Origin: Bacillota bacterium
GTDB lineage: Bacteria > Bacillota_I > Bacilli_A > RF39 > UBA660
Direction: 5' to 3'
Length of the DNA: 64,000 nt
Assembly: GCA_015059365.1 (NCBI GenBank)
Contig: SVAO01000001.1
Span: 78,153 to 142,152, forward strand
The notes under the pieces were generated by a model. That model was not told the DNA's origin. It did no database searches and was given only the letters and a program-made list of their open reading frames with translations. Shown piece after piece: positions 61,825-64,000 of this stretch. The position numbers and the translations under genes are program-made. How positions within the stretch are numbered: position 1 is the stretch's first letter; each line of letters begins with the position of its first letter.

Positions 61825-63039
61825 ATGAATGAACAAAAAAAATTAATGTTATTAGGTGGTTCAAGATATATTATACCTATTATAGAAAAAGCTCATGAAT
61901 TAGGATTATATGTTATAACTTGTGATTATTTACCAGATAATGATGCACATAAATATGCTGATTTATACTGTAATATAAGTATCATAAATAAAGATGATGT
62001 TTTAGCAAAAGCTCAAGAACTTAAAATAGATGGGATTATGTCTTTTGCCTGTGATCCAGGGGTTGTAACAGCCGCTTATGTAGCAGAGAAAATGAATTTG
62101 CCTTTCCAAGGATCATATGAATCAGTTTCTATTCTACAAGATAAGGGTTTATTTAGAAAATTTTTAAAGGAAAATGGATTTAATGTTCCAAATGCAAAAC
62201 GTTATACAGATATAAATGAACCTATAAATGATGTAGATTATTTTAATTGGCCAGTTATCATTAAACCAGTTGATTCTGCAGGAAGTAAAGGGGTTACAAA
62301 AGTAGAACGCCCTGAGGATTTAAAAGAAGCGATTGAAATAGCTTTACAGGGTTCACATAATGGTGCATTTATAATTGAGGATTTTTTAACATTTGAAGGA
62401 GCTCATTCTAGTGCGGATCCTTTTACAGTTGATGGAAAGTTAGAATTTGTAACTTATTCTGATCAATTGTTTGATCCAGAAGCTGATAACCCATATACAC
62501 CGGCGTATATTATTTGGCCATCTACTATGGCAGATAAAAATAAAAATATTCTAAATGAAGAAACACAACGTTTAATGACTTTGTTAAATATGAAAACAGG
62601 TATTTATAATATTGAAACCTGTGTTGCGAATGGTAAACCATACTTAATGGAAGTTTCTCCAAGAGGTGGAGGATGTAAAATCGCTGAATTGCAGAGAATG
62701 GCATTTGGGATAGATTTAATAGAAGCAGAAATTAGAAAGGCCGTAGGTTTACCACTAAACGAAGTTAAACAAACTGAATGTGATGGTGTTTGGTGTGAAA
62801 TGGTCATTCATGCAAGACCTGGAGAAAGTGGAATATTAGAAAAAATTTATGTTGATAAGGAAATTGAAGAAAAATATTTAAAAGTGGTTGACTTATCAGC
62901 TAAACCTGGTGATGTGGTTCATCCATTTACTGGAGCTAATATGTCATTAGGTGATATGTTCTTTAGATTTGACTCTAGAGAAGAATTAGATGAGATTATG
63001 TCTAAGTCAAATGAATGGTTACATATAATTTTAAAATAG
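61825..63039 (+). CDS. ATP-grasp domain carboxylate-amine ligase
   Basis: pre-ATP-grasp N-terminus, ATP-grasp fold with WPVIIKPVDSAGSKGV and catalytic E/N residues in the C-terminal half. Confidence 0.7.
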   Translation: MNEQKKLMLLGGSRYIIPIIEKAHELGLYVITCDYLPDNDAHKYADLYCNISIINKDDVLAKAQELKIDGIMSFACDPGVVTAAYVAEKMNLPFQGSYESVSILQDKGLFRKFLKENGFNVPNAKRYTDINEPINDVDYFNWPVIIKPVDSAGSKGVTKVERPEDLKEAIEIALQGSHNGAFIIEDFLTFEGAHSSADPFTVDGKLEFVTYSDQLFDPEADNPYTPAYIIWPSTMADKNKNILNEETQRLMTLLNMKTGIYNIETCVANGKPYLMEVSPRGGGCKIAELQRMAFGIDLIEAEIRKAVGLPLNEVKQTECDGVWCEMVIHARPGESGILEKIYVDKEIEEKYLKVVDLSAKPGDVVHPFTGANMSLGDMFFRFDSREELDEIMSKSNEWLHIILK

Positions 63040-63063
63040 GTTGTAATGAGCGAGGTGAAGTTT

Positions 63064-64000
63064 ATGAATAAAGAAATAGGTGGCTATTTAAGTTTTGAAA
63101 ATTTAAATGGTAAGGAATTTTATGATAAGCTTTTAAGATTTAATAGTTCAAGAAATTGCTTAAGATTTTTAATTCAAACCAAGAAAATAAAAAAAATATA
63201 TTTACCTATTTTCTTGTGTGATGTTGTTTATAATGCTTGTTTAAAAGAACAAATAGAAATTGAATTTTATCATATAAACGAAGATTTTTCACCTAACTTA
63301 AATAACGTTAATGGATATGTATATATTGTTAATTACTATGGGTTGATTTCAAATGAAGAATTATTAAAATATAAAAATATTTATAACAACGTAATTGTTG
63401 ATAATACTCATGCCTTTTTCCAACCACCAGTTGAAGGAATTGATACAATTTACAATTGTAGAAAGTATTTTGGTGTTCCTGATGGTGCGTATTTGAGTAC
63501 TGATATAAAAATTTCTTCTACATTAGAAATTCAAACAGTTAAGGATATGGTTGGTCATTTGTTGGGAAGAATGGAAGAAAACGCCTCCTCTTATTATAAT
63601 GAGTTTAGTAATAATGATAAAAAGTTTGATTTGATGGAAATAAAACAAATGTCCTCATTTACTCATAATATTATGAAAGTAATTGATTATGATGATGTTT
63701 TATTTAAAAGAAAAAGCAATTATAATTTATTAGATAAAAAATTAAAAGAAATTCAAAAATTAAAAATTAAGAATACTTCCACTTTTATGTATCCACTTAT
63801 GGTAGAAGATAATTTGTTGGATTTAAGAAAATATATGATTGAAAATAAAATATATGTTCCTTGCTTATGGAATAATATTCCGCAAGGCATAGAGTTGAAT
63901 AATGTTGAGAAGTGTTTCCAAAAAATATTACCACTTCCAATCGATCAGAGATATGATGAAAAAGATATGGAGTATATTTCTGATTTGATTTTTAAATATG
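63064..64000 (+). CDS. polysaccharide-locus protein, possibly DegT/DnrJ-like PLP-dependent aminotransferase fold (partial, runs off window)
   Basis: ORF open to the window end, RBS GAGGTGA; weak resemblance to sugar aminotransferase layout; product uncertain. Confidence 0.35.
   Translation, partial: MNKEIGGYLSFENLNGKEFYDKLLRFNSSRNCLRFLIQTKKIKKIYLPIFLCDVVYNACLKEQIEIEFYHINEDFSPNLNNVNGYVYIVNYYGLISNEELLKYKNIYNNVIVDNTHAFFQPPVEGIDTIYNCRKYFGVPDGAYLSTDIKISSTLEIQTVKDMVGHLLGRMEENASSYYNEFSNNDKKFDLMEIKQMSSFTHNIMKVIDYDDVLFKRKSNYNLLDKKLKEIQKLKIKNTSTFMYPLMVEDNLLDLRKYMIENKIYVPCLWNNIPQGIELNNVEKCFQKILPLPIDQRYDEKDMEYISDLIFKY

Overview
This 64 kb window is AT-rich (about 28-29% GC by eye), uses the standard genetic code, and looks like a chromosomal segment from a low-GC, probably spore-forming Firmicute. 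Gene order resembles Bacillus in several places: rnhC-cvpA-trxA, lexA / SOS gene / tkt / sirA-like / yneF, comN-secDF, dnaG-sigA-trmK, ylbJ-ylbL, and comEA-comEC. Coding density is high and almost entirely on the + strand. Most genes are housekeeping: DAACS symporter, RNase HIII, CvpA, thioredoxin, LexA, transketolase, MurF, Tgt, an acyl-CoA ligase, a hybrid histidine kinase, SecDF, Obg, MurC, ComEA, ComEC, DnaG, SigA, TrmK, UvrC, MutL, an archaeal-type ProRS and SMC. The accessory or unusual content is: (1) an SOS-regulated small membrane-protein gene divergent from lexA, with a perfect Cheo box; (2) a two-gene cassette (DUF1016/YhcG-like PD-(D/E)xK nuclease plus a stand-alone HD phosphohydrolase) between comEC and a roughly 150 bp degenerate duplicate of an internal comEC segment; (3) a dispersed, rearranged competence/type IV pilus module with a ComGB/PilC platform protein carrying a roughly 330 aa N-terminal extension, ComGA on the opposite strand with an acidic tail, PilD, two minor pilins, and a long major pilin 30 kb away; (4) a secreted SH3b cell-wall hydrolase with a C-terminal dockerin, next to a membrane-anchored cadherin-like surface protein that may be its cohesin-like partner; (5) a Wzx/Wzy-type surface polysaccharide locus (LCP, tandem GT4 fusion, GT2, EpsG-like polymerase, GT2, Wzx, ATP-grasp ligase and a putative aminotransferase) that runs off the window end. 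I saw no rRNA, tRNA or CRISPR array.
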